Source of the DNA: an uncultured bacterium
GTDB taxonomy: Bacteria; Fidelibacterota; Marinisomatia; Marinisomatales; UBA1611
NCBI GenBank assembly: GCA_943788175.1
Contig: CALSPG010000007.1
Coordinates: 224,001 to 288,000 of the forward strand
Direction: 5' to 3'
DNA length: 64,000 nt
Shown: positions 59,714 to 64,000 of the stretch, in pieces
Layout: every line of letters begins with the position of its first letter
Position numbering within the stretch: the first letter of the stretch is position 1
Notes under the pieces: model-generated
The model's input: only the letters and a program-made list of their open reading frames with translations
What the model was told of the DNA's origin: nothing
The model's database searches: none
Translations under genes and position numbers: made by a program

Positions 59714-62350
59714 TTAAATATTAATTTCAATAAAAAAAGTTGGCGTCATTCCTAACATTACAACATCTGAAATGATTTTCCCTGAGCTGTAGGGGTTATA
59801 TCTTTTATGACTAATATTTTTTTTATTAAATACATTATATATGGAAAGACCAGCATTCACTTCGAATCGGTTAATTTTAAACTTTTTTGACACAGAAAAA
59901 TCTAAATGATGTGTTGGTGGCAGCTTTTTATTGTTTCGCGTACCAGGATTAAATAATACTTGGAAATCACTCGCTATATAAACGTCACTTTCGTCAGTAT
60001 AAAATCGTCCTGAGGAATATGACCAATTTGTAGTCAGGTTCCAATCTAAGATTGAAGTAATAAAAACTGATTTGAATTCATGCTCTATGCTGTGATTAGC
60101 ATTATAATATTTTCCATCATCAATATCTGGGAATGAATATTTAGTGTTATTTATTTGATATGAAACCCATCCATTAATTGCTTGATTTTTTCTTCTAATA
60201 AAAAATTCAGCTCCATTTGCTTTTTCTTGTCCATCTGTTGCCAGTATAACGTCATCTATATAGTCAGTTTGTTTAGAAAATATTGGAATCGGAGATAAAT
60301 AGCTCTCAAAATCAAAATAACCAGACCCTCTTCGATCATAAATTGATACACTTAGTTCATGTTTTATACTTTTCCAGTTAGCACTAATTTGAGAGCTTTT
60401 TGAGGAAATGATAGGTATAGGATCATTAGAAATAAGCCACATGTTTTGAGTTCCTCTTGTACTCAAGGGGCTATTAAACTGATGTATGAATTGGTTGTTT
60501 TTACCGGTAGCACCTTCTATCGAAAAGTTTGAGTTTATTTTTAGTATAGCAGAGATTCGGGGTTCTAAATAATTTAGTTTAGTTAATGTGTAATATGTGT
60601 TTCGGAGACCTAATTGAAAATTTATAAATTTAGTAAAAGACCAATTATTTTCAAGGAAAAATGATTGTAAAACTCCACTTTCGTTAAAATTTGTTTTTTC
60701 AGAAGCATTAGTTAAAAATCGTTCGGTTAAAAACTCTGTATATAAAATTGATTTTGAAAACCCTATTTGTATATCATGATTTTGAAAGCTTTTTATATTT
60801 TGGTATATTTTAAATATGTGATTTGAAAATTTATTTTTTTCATTGTTTTTCTGTGAAAAAGTATCGTTATCTGAAATGATATTAAATAACTTTGAATCGT
60901 GATTGCTAAAATAACTTGTGTTAGATATAGAGGCCCTTATTATCCATTCAGGATTTAAATAATATGCCCATTTTAATATACCTCCGGTATTTAATAGATT
61001 CGTTTTTTCTACAATCTTCGTAGAATTAAAATCTAATATGTTTTCAAAGCCATAAAACTCACGGTTTTCCTTTATTATATCCTTTCCGTGTTTGATAGTG
61101 AAAGAAATTTTATTTTTAGTATTTATAACATAAGAGCCTGTAGCATTAAAATCCGTAAAATAAAATTTTGGACTATAATTAGTTCTTTGATTTTCATTTG
61201 CTGATAAACTAATTAGGTTAAAATTATCATCTCCAACGATATAGTCTTTTATAGATTCATATAGTTTTGTTTGTACTATATCATTAGAACTTCTAGCTGA
61301 CAATGCTAAGCTTCCTTTAGAAAAGATAGGTAGTTGAATCTGAGCACTATTGGTGCTCAGATTGGTGAAAACCTTTGCATTTGGTTTTAATGTATTCCCG
61401 GCATGATTTGAAATCTGGATTAAGCCGGATGTTTTACCGCCATATTGAGCTGGATAGACTCCTTTATAAACCTGAATATCTTTGATTGCCTTTGCTTGGA
61501 CACTGCTTATAAACCCAAACATATGAGTTTCTTGATATAGAGGCATCCCATCTATTAATATCAGATTTTGATCTGGTCGCCCTCCTCGAATATATAATTC
61601 AGATTTTCCAGCTAATCCTTGGCTTATCCCAGGTAGGAGCTGGAGAGATCTAAAAATATCAACCTCCCCAATGATTGGTAAAGTAGAAATATGTTTTGGA
61701 GAAAAAGAAATTTTACCAGGCTCATTAGCAATGTTTAAAAACTCTCTCGATTCTCCCCTGATATAAATATTTTTTGAATTTAATATTTTCTGCTTTAGAT
61801 AAATTTCTAGGGTGCTGTTTCTTGCGTTTTTTGAATGGATAATTTTTTTTTCAGTTTGATATCCAATGTAAGAAACAAAAAGGGTACAAGATTTAAAATT
61901 AATATTAGTTAATGAAAAAATTCCTTGCTCATCTGATATTGACCCTACACCAAGAGAAGGTATATAAACATTGGCGAAAGGTATAGTCCCCATGGATTTG
62001 TAATCATATATCTTTCCATAAAGATTGTATGTTTTTTTTTCTCTTTCAAATATTGCATACTGATTATCGATTTTTTCCCAACCATAATCTGAGTCTAATA
62101 GTAGAAGTGATAACAAACTGTCTAACTCACAATTATTACATTCTACTGAAATATTATTTTCTGATATATCTGAGGGATAAATAACAGGAGCTTGATAAGC
62201 TATTGAAGCTTTTTGTAGGGCTTCTTTCAAATCTATTTTGTTGAAAGAAGATGAAATTTTTAAATCTTCCCCAGATATTTTGGGAATGATAAGTAAAAAT
62301 AAGATTATTATGTATTGTATTGTTTTTCTAGAGTAAGATGTAAGATTCAC
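59714..62350 (-). CDS. TonB-dependent receptor with N-terminal signalling extension
   Basis: STN-like N-terminus, carboxypeptidase-regulatory-like domain, LQLLPGI, IRGG.PDQNLILIDG plug, NVFN terminal strands. Confidence 0.92.
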   Translation of the reverse strand: MNLTSYSRKTIQYIIILFLLIIPKISGEDLKISSSFNKIDLKEALQKASIAYQAPVIYPSDISENNISVECNNCELDSLLSLLLLDSDYGWEKIDNQYAIFEREKKTYNLYGKIYDYKSMGTIPFANVYIPSLGVGSISDEQGIFSLTNINFKSCTLFVSYIGYQTEKKIIHSKNARNSTLEIYLKQKILNSKNIYIRGESREFLNIANEPGKISFSPKHISTLPIIGEVDIFRSLQLLPGISQGLAGKSELYIRGGRPDQNLILIDGMPLYQETHMFGFISSVQAKAIKDIQVYKGVYPAQYGGKTSGLIQISNHAGNTLKPNAKVFTNLSTNSAQIQLPIFSKGSLALSARSSNDIVQTKLYESIKDYIVGDDNFNLISLSANENQRTNYSPKFYFTDFNATGSYVINTKNKISFTIKHGKDIIKENREFYGFENILDFNSTKIVEKTNLLNTGGILKWAYYLNPEWIIRASISNTSYFSNHDSKLFNIISDNDTFSQKNNEKNKFSNHIFKIYQNIKSFQNHDIQIGFSKSILYTEFLTERFLTNASEKTNFNESGVLQSFFLENNWSFTKFINFQLGLRNTYYTLTKLNYLEPRISAILKINSNFSIEGATGKNNQFIHQFNSPLSTRGTQNMWLISNDPIPIISSKSSQISANWKSIKHELSVSIYDRRGSGYFDFESYLSPIPIFSKQTDYIDDVILATDGQEKANGAEFFIRRKNQAINGWVSYQINNTKYSFPDIDDGKYYNANHSIEHEFKSVFITSILDWNLTTNWSYSSGRFYTDESDVYIASDFQVLFNPGTRNNKKLPPTHHLDFSVSKKFKINRFEVNAGLSIYNVFNKKNISHKRYNPYSSGKIISDVVMLGMTPTFFIEINI

Positions 62351-63212
62351 CCTGTAATTTAAACTGTCGCTTAGACAATAATGAAATACTCCTCAATACT
62401 GATTCTAAATTATCAGGTTCAAGATGAAGTGTTCCCGAAATCAAAGTTTCTTTTTGGTCAGATTCTAGAAACTTAATATTTATTGCGTAAAGCCTTTCAA
62501 GCTCTTTACATATTCTTTCGAGTGAAAAGTTATTACAAATAATTTTATGGTTTTTCCAACCAGGATAGAAATTGGTTGTATTAGATTGTAATATGAGATT
62601 TGGTTTTTTTGGGTTTATTTCTATCTGATCACCCTCATTAAGAAATATTACTTTTGTATCTTTTTCTAATCTAACTAACCCTTCATTTACGCCAGTTTCA
62701 AAACCATCTTTTCGAGATCGCACATTAAATTTTGTTCCAAGTACTACAATTTTTGCGTATTCTGTTGAAATAATAAATGGGTAGGAACCTTTTTTTACAT
62801 CAAAAAATGCTTCCCCTTTTAGTGCGATTGTTCTGTTTGAAGAGTTATAATCTTTGGAAAATGAAATAGAGCTTTCTGCATTCAAATGAACTTGTGTTCC
62901 ATCGCTCAGTGTAACGAGTTTCCCACTTAAACCTGTTCCGGAATGGATATTAACTGTATTCATCATTTTTATCATTGGAATAGCAAATACTATCATCATA
63001 AATAATGCGATGGCTAAGCGAGGGAATAATGATTTAATTTTATTTGAAACAATTACTGGATTGGCCTTTTTAGGCTCAGATGAAATATCCATTTGCTGTT
63101 CTAAACGCATCCAGACTTCTTGTTTGGACGGAGCTATGCGTTTTTCAATCTTTGAACACAGATTCCATAATGATTGTTCTTTTTTATTAATTTTTAACAT
63201 TCCTATAAACAT
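62328..63212 (-). CDS. FecR-family anti-sigma factor
   Basis: TM helix; LSDGTQVHLNAES, GEAFFDV, VLGTKFNV, LER.Y. Confidence 0.92.
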   Translation of the reverse strand: MFIGMLKINKKEQSLWNLCSKIEKRIAPSKQEVWMRLEQQMDISSEPKKANPVIVSNKIKSLFPRLAIALFMMIVFAIPMIKMMNTVNIHSGTGLSGKLVTLSDGTQVHLNAESSISFSKDYNSSNRTIALKGEAFFDVKKGSYPFIISTEYAKIVVLGTKFNVRSRKDGFETGVNEGLVRLEKDTKVIFLNEGDQIEINPKKPNLILQSNTTNFYPGWKNHKIICNNFSLERICKELERLYAINIKFLESDQKETLISGTLHLEPDNLESVLRSISLLSKRQFKLQGESYILL

Positions 63213-63236
63213 CTACGTTACTTGATTGCTTTTTAC

Positions 63237-63782
63237 TCATAAATAATTTTTTAATTTTTTCTTTAATATTTTTATTGCTCTATAAATTTGATTCTCAACG
63301 GTCCGGACACTTATTCCTAAAGATTCAGAAATTTCATTGTTTGACAGCTTCTCAACGCGACTTAAAATAAAAACTTGGCGACATTTTTCTGGCAACTCAG
63401 TCTCTACTACTTTTTGTATTTCATTTTCTAAGAATGTAGATAGTACTTTTTCTTCTGGTGAGTTAGTTTGACTGTCATTGTTTCTTGGTATTAACGATTC
63501 ATGCCTTTGTCGTACTTCATTATGGCGAAAATGATCATAACATAAGTTTGTACTAATTTTTGCAATCAACGAAAAAAAGGATTTGTTAGATTTTAGCTTA
63601 GATCTCATTTTCCAAACTCGTAAAAATGTTTCTTGAGTAATATCTTCTGCTATATCGCCATCTTGTATTTTGTACTGCACAAAACGAAACAAAGTGTCAT
63701 GATAATTAAAAAAAAGTGTTTTAAATGCTATTTTATCAGAATTTTTAACTTTGTGTAAAAGTATTTCGTCTTTGTCAGTCAT
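63237..63782 (-). CDS. ECF sigma-70 factor (FecI-like)
   Basis: AEDITQETFLRVW, LPEKCRQVFILSR, ISVRTVENQI. Confidence 0.93.
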   Translation of the reverse strand: MTDKDEILLHKVKNSDKIAFKTLFFNYHDTLFRFVQYKIQDGDIAEDITQETFLRVWKMRSKLKSNKSFFSLIAKISTNLCYDHFRHNEVRQRHESLIPRNNDSQTNSPEEKVLSTFLENEIQKVVETELPEKCRQVFILSRVEKLSNNEISESLGISVRTVENQIYRAIKILKKKLKNYL

Positions 63783-63905
63783 TTTTCTTAAGATGTGAAT
63801 AATAAAACTTAAAATATTAATTACTGTTATTGAGCAATTTAATATAAAATAATAATGGTTCTATGTTTGTAGCGTGTCAATTTGGTTAGAAAAGGATTAT
63901 AAAAA

Positions 63906-64000
63906 GTGAAGTTAAATCAAAGCGAATATGAAAATCTAATAATAACAGATTATAATTTTAGAGCTCCGTTGGACTATGGATCTCAAAATGGAGAAAATAT
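63906..64000 (+). CDS. N-terminus of a probable alpha/beta hydrolase (prolyl aminopeptidase-like), truncated by window end
   Basis: GTG start after AAGGA; MKLNQSEYENLIITDYNFRAPLDYGSQNGEN resembles the F.vPLDY...G N-terminus. Confidence 0.4.
   Translation, partial: MKLNQSEYENLIITDYNFRAPLDYGSQNGEN

Overview
AT-rich bacterial chromosome segment, inferred to be FCB superphylum and most likely Marinisomatota/SAR406-like (FCB-type bamA-skp-lpxD-lpxC-fabZ-lpxA cluster, DUF4835, Por/FlgD-type C-terminal sorting domain, tmRNA tag ADYGYMAAA). Most of it is housekeeping: envelope and lipid A genes, dxr/rseP, nfeD-floA, a cdd-udk-tdk-nupC-adk-coaE salvage operon, dnaG, gpmA, queCEDF, tRNA-Ile2(CAT), tRNA-Lys(TTT), tmRNA and an ECF-sigma/FecR/TonB-receptor module. 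The most interesting items are: (i) a four-gene dehydratase/amidinotransferase/Rieske oxygenase/lysine dehydrogenase-like operon matching no pathway I can name; (ii) a di-heme cytochrome c lipoprotein gene hidden by three frameshifts in a small islet at the 3' end of tRNA-Lys; (iii) a dnaG-coupled envelope cluster with a repeated small beta-barrel domain; (iv) apparent ATT/ATA start codons, including lpxA; (v) a methyltransferase homolog and a QueD with altered active-site motifs; (vi) candidate structured RNAs. Six homopolymer frameshifts suggest indel errors in the assembly. All calls come from motif recognition by eye; no database searches were run.
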